Virus record (IMG/VR): IMGVR_UViG_3300031949_000100
Span: 1-38,553 of that record
Strand: one strand, 5' to 3'
Origin: a virus
Taxonomy: Duplodnaviria > Caudoviricetes
Length of the DNA: 38,553 nt
The translations under genes were made by a program, and so were the position numbers. Positions 27,613-35,294 of the stretch are shown in pieces. A model generated the notes under the pieces. It did not search any database. It worked only from the letters and a program-made list of their open reading frames with translations, and was not told the DNA's origin. Each line of letters starts with the position of its first letter. The first letter of the stretch is position 1.

Positions 27613-27792
27613 ATGAATTTAGAATTTTCAAAAAGTAATCGTTTTTGGGCGTTAACAGTGGGAGCGGTAGTTTTCTACTTGAAAAGCAAGGGCTTAATCG
27701 GAAACGAAGAAACTATCCTGATTGAAACGATACTGGGAGGATTCATTGGAATTAAAACAATTGACAGATTGGGAGAAAAAATCGGACAATAA
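27613..27792 (+). CDS. Holin-like small membrane protein (59 aa, not in ORF track)
   Basis: SNRFWALTVGAVVFYL and ILGGFIGIKTIDRLGEK, directly after the peptidase. Confidence 0.65.
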   Translation: MNLEFSKSNRFWALTVGAVVFYLKSKGLIGNEETILIETILGGFIGIKTIDRLGEKIGQ

Positions 27793-27912
27793 AAACAAAA
27801 ATAAAATTCTCGGATACTGGAATTTAGGCAATATAAAAAAAGCGACCCTTAATGGAGTCGGATAATAATTTTACATTTTAGCCCTTAGAAGATTCCGTAT
27901 CTTTGGCAAATT

Positions 27913-27931
27913 ACCGCTTCGGCGGTTTTTT
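27913..27931 (+). terminator. Intrinsic terminator ending the late operon
   Basis: ACCGC-TTCG-GCGGT followed by a T run, at the convergence of the two gene blocks. Confidence 0.85.
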
Positions 27932-27933
27932 GT

Positions 27934-28221
27934 TTATTTGCTCTTATAAATTCCACAATAAGTCCTGGCTTCATCTTGCTTATAACAAGTCCTAGAAAAA
28001 GGATTGCCGCATTCGTGATAATACCGGCATCTGCCTAATAAAAAATTGATAATTTGCTGAAATAAATTTTTCATATTCTTAATTTCCTCTTTATTTTTTA
28101 ACTCTTTTTTTAAAACTTCTCTAATTTCCATTGCAAACATCCATAAAGCATCCTCGCCCGAAATATGATTTTCCATTCTTTTTAGAATGTAAAGCATTTT
28201 CTCTTTTATTTTTTCTTTCAT
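27934..28221 (-). CDS. Hypothetical protein with Cys-rich C-terminus
   Basis: ORF in the leftward operon. Confidence 0.6.
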   Translation of the reverse strand: MKEKIKEKMLYILKRMENHISGEDALWMFAMEIREVLKKELKNKEEIKNMKNLFQQIINFLLGRCRYYHECGNPFSRTCYKQDEARTYCGIYKSK

Positions 28222-28239
28222 ATTATTATCTTTTAGTAA

Positions 28240-28500
28240 TTACAACTTTTTCCTAATTATTGTTAAATTATTCAATTTTTCCTGTGTTCCTTTGAATTGT
28301 GGTATTTCTTTGAATTGTGGTATTTCTTTCTGTGGCGGGGTATAAGTTTTTTCTTCCAGTTTTTTCCAGAACTTTTTGAAAAGCCGAAATGCCTGGTCTT
28401 TTGTCATTGTGTTAAAATTTTCCATATCGGGAGGATAGCAGTCAAAAATCATATCCCACACTTCATCAAGAGTTATACATTTTTTATGTTCTTTCTTCAT
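28240..28500 (-). CDS. Hypothetical protein with tandem KEIPQF duplication
   Basis: ORF in the leftward operon containing an 18-nt tandem repeat. Confidence 0.65.
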   Translation of the reverse strand: MKKEHKKCITLDEVWDMIFDCYPPDMENFNTMTKDQAFRLFKKFWKKLEEKTYTPPQKEIPQFKEIPQFKGTQEKLNNLTIIRKKL

Positions 28501-28510
28501 ATTGATTAGA

Positions 28511-28915
28511 TTATAAATAAATTTCGTCAGGACTAGGAATGGAAAGCGCCAATTCAGCCGCCGCCCATTGTTTTACCTGTTCAATATATTCCATAAAAGC
28601 CAAACTGCTTAATGACGCGGTGCTTTGAATAATCGTATATCTTTTTCCTCTAAAATCCAAATGTTTTTTCATAAAAAAAGTTTTCATCAGAGAATGGGTT
28701 TCGTCAACGGAATACCCTGTTTCATCTGAAATGTATTTAAGCGCCACTCCCCAGTAATAAGCGTTTTGTTTCAAGCTCCGTTTTCTTTTTTTTGTCTCGC
28801 AGGTGATATAGACCTCTCCGTCCAGCGAGTTGAGATGTATCTGCCATAACTCGTCATTGGCCATTATCAACTTGCCGTTATTCACCGATCCGAGAAATTT
28901 AATTATGGGACGCAT
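28511..28915 (-). CDS. NinB/Orf-like recombination protein
   Basis: RSLKQNAYYWGV, STASLS..FMEYIEQV and LSIPSP motifs. Confidence 0.75.
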   Translation of the reverse strand: MRPIIKFLGSVNNGKLIMANDELWQIHLNSLDGEVYITCETKKRKRSLKQNAYYWGVALKYISDETGYSVDETHSLMKTFFMKKHLDFRGKRYTIIQSTASLSSLAFMEYIEQVKQWAAAELALSIPSPDEIYL

Positions 28916-29349
28916 TATTCGTGTTCCGGAATAGGAATATCATCGTATTCCGCTCCCAGAGGGCTAGAATTGGTTTGTGGCGCGTTTTTATCCTTACTTT
29001 GGACAAATGAGCCATCTTCAAGCATAACCCAGTTTAGACCGCAAATATAAGCGATATTCTTTAGTTTGCCGCCAATTTTCTGTTTGACGATGTAAGTTCT
29101 CGCCATTTGGTTAATCCACTGGTTGCTGTCGTCTCCATAAGCATCAACTAAATTATTTAACGATGTCTGATTAAAAGTCATAATCTTGTCGCCGTTCGTG
29201 GTCTTAATGGAAAAGACCGTTCTTTTTTTCCCGTAATCGCCGTCAACTTCTTTCCCTTCGTCTTGAATTGTTATAGTTCCATTATCTATTATGTCCTCTC
29301 CCACCTTTGCCCAGTTGCCCGAAAGCAACACTTTTTTAGTTATTTTCAT
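28915..29349 (-). CDS. Putative single-stranded DNA-binding protein
   Basis: OB-like beta pattern with acidic tail EYDDIPIPEHE, next to a nuclease. Confidence 0.55.
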   Translation of the reverse strand: MKITKKVLLSGNWAKVGEDIIDNGTITIQDEGKEVDGDYGKKRTVFSIKTTNGDKIMTFNQTSLNNLVDAYGDDSNQWINQMARTYIVKQKIGGKLKNIAYICGLNWVMLEDGSFVQSKDKNAPQTNSSPLGAEYDDIPIPEHE

Positions 29350-30352
29350 TTTTTTGTTCGTCAGAGACGAAATTAATTATTAGATTATTTAAAATATGTC
29401 CTGCGTCTTCTATTTCTTTAATCACATCTTTGTTTTTGTCGGTTATATTGTCGCCGGCTTTGATTCTGGCCAATACTCTATTCCAGCGTGCGACAATCGG
29501 AGTATGTTTTGCATCAAATTCAGCCTGGTCTTTAAATCCGTAAAGCATTGTGAGGTATCCGCTATATGCGACATTAAAGTTTTTAGCGAATTTTCCCAAA
29601 TCATTGCTAAACTCAATGGCTTTTTCCAGGGGAGGTCTTTCGTTGCTTAAATGATATTTGCTAATCTTTTCAATAAATTCTTTATATTCAGTTTCAGTTT
29701 CCGATGGATTTTCGACTAAAAATTCCATCATTCTTAAATCGTCCCGGCAAATATAGACTATGGTGGCGATAGGTTTATTCGTAGATTTCAAATAATGAAA
29801 AGTTTGTAGTCGGTGCATTTTTGAAGCGGACTTGTTTTTTTCCAATGCTTCAAATATAAACGAGGAAACACTTTTAATTTCTAACGGCATTTCAGTTAAT
29901 CCTTCGGGAAATTCATTGGCAAAATACTTTATGATTTTTTCTCCGTTTCTTTTGAAAACATCCGGTAATTCAAGATTAATCATTTCTTGCTCGAATTTTT
30001 GAATATCAGGTTTACCGCCGGCAATGAAATCAGCCTTCCCAGTTACTTCCAGTAATCCCGGATACTGATAGGAGCTCCATTTTTGACTTTCTTGTAAAAT
30101 GCCAGCTCGTTTGAGTATAAGAGACACAATCCATTCAAAAACATTGCCTGCCTCAAATTTACGCATTGAGCGAGGGTTTGGCGGGTTGGTTGGTTCTATC
30201 GCTCTCATTTTTAGCCACAAATCAATCGGAGCCTTGCCAAGTTCAGAAGCCCATATATTATCCCGCACTTTCATTGGTCTTTGGGATATGTCTGATAATC
30301 CAGCATTCCAAATAGGTGCAAAACCCCACATTTTTTGGTCTAATTTATTCAT
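29336..30352 (-). CDS. PD-(D/E)xK (Cas4/YqaJ-like) exonuclease
   Basis: ASELG, GNVFE, GKADF, LEIKS and QTFHY motifs. Confidence 0.75.
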   Translation of the reverse strand: MNKLDQKMWGFAPIWNAGLSDISQRPMKVRDNIWASELGKAPIDLWLKMRAIEPTNPPNPRSMRKFEAGNVFEWIVSLILKRAGILQESQKWSSYQYPGLLEVTGKADFIAGGKPDIQKFEQEMINLELPDVFKRNGEKIIKYFANEFPEGLTEMPLEIKSVSSFIFEALEKNKSASKMHRLQTFHYLKSTNKPIATIVYICRDDLRMMEFLVENPSETETEYKEFIEKISKYHLSNERPPLEKAIEFSNDLGKFAKNFNVAYSGYLTMLYGFKDQAEFDAKHTPIVARWNRVLARIKAGDNITDKNKDVIKEIEDAGHILNNLIINFVSDEQKNENN

Positions 30353-30512
30353 AAATTTCCGGGCGTTCCATTATATTATTTTCTTCCATTTCTTCGTATT
30401 TTTCCCATTCTTTTTTCGATCCAATCCATTGCAATTCGCCGTCTTCTTCTCCACAAATTTGCAGTCCGGCCTTGAAATTGTTTTGAATTTCCGCCGCTGT
30501 TCTTAGTTTCAT
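30345..30512 (-). CDS. Small acidic hypothetical protein (55 aa, not in ORF track)
   Basis: MKLRTAAEIQ...PEIYE. Stop overlaps the nuclease start. Confidence 0.6.
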   Translation of the reverse strand: MKLRTAAEIQNNFKAGLQICGEEDGELQWIGSKKEWEKYEEMEENNIMERPEIYE

Positions 30513-30526
30513 AATTTTTAAGGTTG

Positions 30527-30691
30527 TTAATAATTATTTTTTAATTTTTTTTGGTCGTTCCAATACTCCCTGATTTCCGAAGGGGTAAGATATATTTTTA
30601 CTTCGTCATAAAATTCCAAAATATCTTCCGAGTTAATCAGCGAACGGACAATGTAGAAGTCAATTAGGTTTTCTATGATTGCATTTTTCAT
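30527..30691 (-). CDS. Small hypothetical protein (54 aa, not in ORF track)
   Basis: MKNAIIENLIDF...LKNNY. Fills the gap in the operon. Confidence 0.6.
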   Translation of the reverse strand: MKNAIIENLIDFYIVRSLINSEDILEFYDEVKIYLTPSEIREYWNDQKKLKNNY

Positions 30692-30693
30692 TT

Positions 30694-31224
30694 TTATAAA
30701 CTTAAAAAATTATTAAGATATTCGCAGGACGATTGATTGATGCCGAGATTATACAGGCAGAGGGCGTTTTCTAGTGGCATCTTTTCCAGTTTTCTTTCAA
30801 ACCATTTTTCTACCAATTCCCTGTCTTGTCCTTCTTGATAGCAATTAGGCGGAGCGAATCCATAATCATTCGCCAGTCCTTTACCTTTACAAGTGAGTGC
30901 CAGTCCAGCCGTTCCATTCGCGCTTTCCAGCATTTTAATCTTATCCGCTATTTCTGAAATAGAGGGGGCGGTTTTTACCCCGCCCGTGTTCTCTACTTCT
31001 ATCGCAGAAACCTCATGAGCGCCAGGCGAAACCGCCGCTCCGAGCAACGCTTCGTTCCTATATTCCAATCCCTGTTTCAGCCAGTCATACCAGTTTTGAC
31101 TTTCAATCCAGCAGAAGGTAAACGAAATTCCGATTGTCAGCGTCAATATGATTACTAACGCCATCTTACTTTTTGAAAAAACTTTCCGTCCTTGTTTGCT
31201 ACGCATTTTTATTTTTTCCTTCAC
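30694..31224 (-). CDS. Membrane-anchored lysozyme/lytic-transglycosylase-like protein
   Basis: N-terminal TM, catalytic-type IKMLES motif and ALCLYNLG. Confidence 0.55.
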   Translation of the reverse strand: MKEKIKMRSKQGRKVFSKSKMALVIILTLTIGISFTFCWIESQNWYDWLKQGLEYRNEALLGAAVSPGAHEVSAIEVENTGGVKTAPSISEIADKIKMLESANGTAGLALTCKGKGLANDYGFAPPNCYQEGQDRELVEKWFERKLEKMPLENALCLYNLGINQSSCEYLNNFLSL

Positions 31225-31321
31225 CCGAGAAAAAATTATTGATTATAATTTTCACCCGTTAGATATTGTTTCAGGCAGTCCGACTAGGTCGCGACTGACG
31301 CAGAAACTTTATGTTGCCTTG

Positions 31322-31350
31322 AGTATATCAGTTGTCTAGTATTTTGTCAA
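31322..31350 (-). promoter_or_regulatory. Leftward sigma70 promoter
   Basis: TTGACA-17nt-TATACT on the minus strand, with a DnaA-box match at 31358-31366. Confidence 0.8.
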
Positions 31351-31917
31351 GGGCGAGTTATCCACACCCTGTTTCCCATAGTGTTTACGCCAATATTCTC
31401 GCTTATATCTTCTCCGTGTTTTCTGATAACATCTATTGCATATTCCAAATGATACATGTTTACTGTCGGTTTTTTTACAAATAACGCATTCTGAATAATG
31501 TAGTGTCCACATGTCTTTTCTTTTTTCATTTATTCTTCTAGCATCTTCTCTCCTGCAGCATTTTTTACAAAGGACTTGCAGGTTGTTGAGATTGTTATTT
31601 TTTTCTTCGTGCTTATATTTTGTTCCTTTTCCATCTATATGGTGAATGTCCAATTTCCCAATTTTCCCGCATATATCGCACTTATTTCCAAGTAAAGCAA
31701 ACAACTCTTCTCTTGTCCTGCCGAAATGATGCCGTTCTTGTTGGTTTTTCTTTAACTGTTTGTATTTTTCAGGTTGTTCATTTTTCATTTTAAATATCCA
31801 TCTCTTTGTCCCCTTTTTAGCTATGGCAAGAACCTTATCTCTATTTTTATTTCTCCATAGTTTATTTCTAGCATCAATAACCTCTTTGTTTTTTTGATAA
31901 TATTCTGATCTTGTCAT
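31336..31917 (-). CDS. HNH endonuclease-like protein with extra C-terminal zinc finger
   Basis: CDICG..DIHHIDG..NNNLNNLQVLCKKC, then CVIC..CNRC. Confidence 0.85.
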   Translation of the reverse strand: MTRSEYYQKNKEVIDARNKLWRNKNRDKVLAIAKKGTKRWIFKMKNEQPEKYKQLKKNQQERHHFGRTREELFALLGNKCDICGKIGKLDIHHIDGKGTKYKHEEKNNNLNNLQVLCKKCCRREDARRINEKRKDMWTLHYSECVICKKTDSKHVSFGICNRCYQKTRRRYKREYWRKHYGKQGVDNSPLTKY

Positions 31918-31927
31918 ATATTCTTTA

Positions 31928-32035
31928 CTACATTGCTATGATCGCATACAAAGCCGTCCACACCGGCCCAAAAAGCCAGCTCGGTGGAGACCATGTCGGT
32001 TTGATAAGTTGTGAATACTGGTTGTAGGTGTTCAT
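31928..32035 (-). pseudogene. tspO: 5' fragment of a TspO/MBR tryptophan-rich sensory protein
   Basis: MNTYNQYSQLIKPTWSPPSWLFGPVWTALYAIIAM then stop. Matches the TspO N-terminal signature but is only 35 aa. Confidence 0.85.
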
Positions 32036-32069
32036 ATTGTTTTATTTGTTATTTTGCCGCCGAATTTTG

Positions 32070-32172
32070 ATCCCGCCTTGGCGGGATTGCTTCTGGGGTT
32101 CCGCCGCCGCTGATTTTAGGAGGTAAGTAATTAATTACGTAATTATTTTTAATCATAATTCCACGGCCGTGG
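32070..32172. repeat. Cluster of short palindromes in the captured intergenic region
   Basis: ATCCCGCC-TT-GGCGGGAT (32070-32087), TAATTACGTAATTA (32132-32145), CCACGGCCGTGG (32161-32172). Confidence 0.85.
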
Positions 32173-32181
32173 GTAAAGTGA

Positions 32182-32631
32182 TTACTGGGTTTTTTTGAAA
32201 AAATGATTTTTTATTTTATCCTGGTTGTCAATATACGAAGCCATAATCACCCGCACATATGGTTCGGCGGAATAGAGGGAGATTAATTCCAAAATCGGCT
32301 TTTCATAAGGATGCGGAGAAACAAAAACACTGTGCTGCAATTTGAAAAATTCAAGCTCGCGAAGATGCTCGCGCAAAATATCGCGGAATAGTCTGTCTTT
32401 CTCCGGAATATCAAAAAGAACTATCCTCCATTTTCTATCCCATTTTTTCGGTTTCTTGAAATTTATGCAACTACCCAATAAGTTGAGTATTTTGGCTTGC
32501 CGCCTCCCTTCTTCGGTAAGAATTAGTTTAAAAGAGCCATTAGGAAGCATCTTTTCTTCAATTAATTTTTCTCTGGAAAGCCGGCGGATTGAGCGGTTGA
32601 AGTTTTGTTGATTTATTTTCTGCCAATCCCT
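32182..32631 (-). pseudogene. 5'-truncated PaaX-like regulator with Cas2-like domain (CPR type)
   Basis: LTEEG..WDRKWRIVLFDIPE..R..L..LEFFKLQHSVFVSP. Frame extends upstream of ATG 32550 (RDWQKINQQNFNRSIRRL) to a TAA at 32632-32634 with no proper start. Confidence 0.8.
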
Positions 32632-32645
32632 TTAATGTTATTTTT

Positions 32646-32706
32646 ATTTTAGCAGTTGTCTGGTTTTATGTCAAGGATTGCCTTTATTCCGCCAACCTGA
32701 TATACT
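32646..32706. promoter_or_regulatory. Back-to-back divergent promoters
   Basis: Minus strand: TTGACA(32674-32669)-17nt-TAAAAT. Plus strand: TTGCCT(32678)-17nt-TATACT(32701). Confidence 0.75.
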
Positions 32707-32745
32707 GGAAACAGAGAGTTAGCGATTAATAAAGATATAAAATGA

Positions 32746-32901
32746 ATGAAAATAATTTGTTTCATTAAAACAATTTTGAGAACCGCGGGCAGACCAGCTT
32801 TTTGGTTGGATTTAATTCATATTAGCGGACACGATTACGCGGAGCAAGAAGACGGGAGTTTAAAGTGTAAAATATGTGGAGATAAATCACAATTAAAATA
32901 A
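32746..32901 (+). CDS. Small zinc-ribbon protein (51 aa, not in ORF track)
   Basis: MKIICFIK...GHDY...CKICG. First ORF after the rightward promoter. Confidence 0.55.
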   Translation: MKIICFIKTILRTAGRPAFWLDLIHISGHDYAEQEDGSLKCKICGDKSQLK

Positions 32902-32981
32902 ACTGCGGAACGCTTATTATTGAAACTAAGGAAGGGGGAATTTGCGTCGAATGCGGAAAAAAGTTATCCACTTATCAGAGT

Positions 32982-33010
32982 TTGACAGAATAATAAAAAT
33001 AAAGTAGAAT
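32982..33010 (+). promoter_or_regulatory. Sigma70 promoter of the replication operon
   Basis: TTGACA-17nt-TAGAAT. Confidence 0.8.
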
Positions 33011-33054
33011 ACAAATATGAAAAATACCACGAGACAATTTAGAAAATTAACACC

Positions 33055-33105
33055 CCGCTATCTGGTTGCGCTTCGTGGCGCTTTTCATGCAGGTAGCGGT
33101 TTTTT
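33055..33105 (+). terminator. Leader terminator/attenuator
   Basis: CCGCTATCTG/CAGGTAGCGG stem with a large loop, then T6. Confidence 0.65.
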
Positions 33106-33119
33106 AATGTTTTAAATTT

Positions 33120-33350
33120 ATGGATGAAGCATATAAAATTTTACCCAAAGAAAAACACAAACATTAGGATAACTTCACAAAAATTCATTCGGAAAAAATA
33201 ATAAATTTTGTGCGATCTCGCTTAGGGGAAAAAGAAGACCCCGAAAAATTTGCTTTAATTTATAGTCGTCTTACTACTGCCAAAAAGAGAAAATTAAAAG
33301 AAGGCAGAAGAACCTACAATTATCTGAAAAAACATAATTGGATAAAATAA
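33120..33350 (+). pseudogene. Hypothetical gene with one in-frame TAG
   Basis: 77-codon frame broken only by TAG at 33165-33167. Ends 1 nt before the initiator start. Confidence 0.6.
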
Positions 33351-33351
33351 A

Positions 33352-34113
33352 ATGGCAAATCCACAACTAGAAAATGGTTATGTAAGAATAGCCACAGAAA
33401 CTTATGAAGCATTATGTAGAATCAGAATCAATGGGGAGGCAAGGCAGGTTATGGATCTGATTATAAGAAAGACCTATGGATTTAGAAAGCGAGACGATAA
33501 TATATCCTTGTCGCAATTCAGTGTAGGAACTGGATTAAGACGACCAACTGTATGCCGGGCAATAAATAAATTAAAACAAATGAATCTAATTATTATTACC
33601 CAAAAAGATAACAATAAATTCACTTTATTTAGATTTAATAAGGATTTTGACACTTGGGAAGCATTACCCAAAAAGATAACATTACCCAAAAAGATAATGG
33701 GCATTACCCAAAAAGATAATAATTCATTACCCAAAAAGAGACATACAATAGATATAGATACAAAAGATAATATTACAAAAGAAACTAGCGAGCAAAGCTC
33801 GCAGATTATTCCTTTAAAAGAAAAAGAGATTAAAATTGTTGCGCCGTTCAATGCTTTTGAATATATAGAAAGTTTGCGGTTAGCAAAACAAAGGCACATT
33901 TCTATAATCGGAAAATATATGCGCTACAGGAAAATGGAAAAATCACTGCCAACAAAAAGAGCCGCCGAAACTGAAATGAAGAGACATTTAAGGTCAGCTA
34001 GAGAATTGGCTGAATATTCAGATAATCAATTAAAAAGAGCCACACTTAAAGCGATGAAATTAACTAAGGAATGGACACTTGAAACCTGTTTAAAAGTAAT
34101 AAATAAAAACTAA
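33352..34113 (+). CDS. Replication initiator, lambda O-like
   Basis: MANPQLENGYVRIA..IIRKTYGF..ISLSQF N-terminal domain with internal iterons. Confidence 0.88.
   Translation: MANPQLENGYVRIATETYEALCRIRINGEARQVMDLIIRKTYGFRKRDDNISLSQFSVGTGLRRPTVCRAINKLKQMNLIIITQKDNNKFTLFRFNKDFDTWEALPKKITLPKKIMGITQKDNNSLPKKRHTIDIDTKDNITKETSEQSSQIIPLKEKEIKIVAPFNAFEYIESLRLAKQRHISIIGKYMRYRKMEKSLPTKRAAETEMKRHLRSARELAEYSDNQLKRATLKAMKLTKEWTLETCLKVINKN
33595..33742 (+). repeat. Iterons, probable replication origin
   Basis: ATTACCCAAAAAGATAA at 33595, 33663, 33681 and 33703, with a variant at 33726. Confidence 0.88.
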
Positions 34114-35064
34114 ATGAAAACACCAACAGAAAAAGCTCTAGATATTCAGTCAATATCTAAAGCTAAAGTAATCCACTTGGCTTACGATGAGCTAATGGCG
34201 ACTAAACCAGAAGAGATTATAAGTTATGGCTACCAATGGCTGGATGATAAACTATCGGGAATTTTCCCGGGGCAACTGGTATTAGTTGGCGGGGAATCAG
34301 GAGTGGGTAAGTCGCTGTTCGTTATAGGAATTGTCTACAAATGCAAAAAACCGACCGCAGTATTCGTGCTTGAGGAACGGTTGGAAGATTATGGCAAGAA
34401 AGCATTATATTTTGAAATAGGCAAAATTCGTAAAAGCGAGAGTAAAAAACAATACCCTTGGAATGCTTATGTGCGGGGAGAACTTAATGGCGATCCGCAG
34501 TTCCAAGAATTTGTAGCTCGCGCCCATGAAAATATGAAAGGCGACTACCCTAAATTTCAAAAAATGGACGGAATGGCGACTATTGATGTTTTAGAGGAGA
34601 GATTGCGACAACTTTCTTGGCTTGGAATAAAACTGGTGTTGATAGATCATCTCCATTATTTTGACTTAATGACCAAAGAAAGCTCTAAGGCGGACTACAT
34701 TGAGCATATAATGATTCGCCTTCGTATGGCGGCAATTAAATTTAACCTCGCGATAATTATTGTCGCCCATTATAGAAAACTAAATGGCAACCGCCCCACG
34801 CTGGATTCTTTCAAAGATTCAATTTCAATTGTGCAAAACGCCTCAACCGTCATCAATATCTGGCGTAATCGGGAAGAAGGCGCGGATGAAAAAGAAAAAT
34901 ACAAAACTCAATTCATCATTCCAAAGTCCAGAGATTTAGGCGGAGAAGGAAAAATAGAAGTGTCTTTTGATCCGAATACTGGCGAGTATGTTTCTCCTGA
35001 CCAGTGGAAATTCGGAGTGCCGGTAGTGGAAACTAACCGCGATTTATCAACATTAGATTTATGA
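34114..35064 (+). CDS. DnaB-like replicative helicase (ATPase domain)
   Basis: Walker A GGESGVGKS, LIDHLH, VAHYRK and SIVQNASTVI. Confidence 0.88.
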   Translation: MKTPTEKALDIQSISKAKVIHLAYDELMATKPEEIISYGYQWLDDKLSGIFPGQLVLVGGESGVGKSLFVIGIVYKCKKPTAVFVLEERLEDYGKKALYFEIGKIRKSESKKQYPWNAYVRGELNGDPQFQEFVARAHENMKGDYPKFQKMDGMATIDVLEERLRQLSWLGIKLVLIDHLHYFDLMTKESSKADYIEHIMIRLRMAAIKFNLAIIIVAHYRKLNGNRPTLDSFKDSISIVQNASTVINIWRNREEGADEKEKYKTQFIIPKSRDLGGEGKIEVSFDPNTGEYVSPDQWKFGVPVVETNRDLSTLDL

Positions 35065-35294
35065 TTCATATCGTTAAAACTAAACGGTGGTCTTACTGGC
35101 AGGATAAATTATCCGAACAGGTCTATCGGTTAATTTTTGGGCTGGATTGCATTCACATCACCCCCAAAGAACGGCTGGCGCAACTCGCCCATAAAAAACT
35201 CGGAAAGTATAGCATTTCGGCAATCAGAAGAATTAAAAAACATAATTTAAAGGGAATAGTATATGAAAAAATAATTTTTAACAAAACAATATGA
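35061..35294 (+). CDS. Hypothetical basic protein
   Basis: ATGA overlaps on both sides. Confidence 0.6.
   Translation: MIHIVKTKRWSYWQDKLSEQVYRLIFGLDCIHITPKERLAQLAHKKLGKYSISAIRRIKKHNLKGIVYEKIIFNKTI

Noticed and set aside
32182-32550. Cas2 gene or CRISPR-Cas system, together with the Cas4-like nuclease
   Set aside because: The WDxKWRIVxFDIPE context is the PaaX-like regulator type. No cas1 or repeat-spacer array is visible.
32900-32993. Second zinc-ribbon gene (NCGTLIIETKEGGICVECGKK)
   Set aside because: No start codon after the upstream in-frame stop. At most a remnant, too weak to call.
33595-33742. Mini CRISPR array
   Set aside because: Repeats are 17 bp with mostly 1-6 nt gaps inside an O-like gene, which fits iterons.
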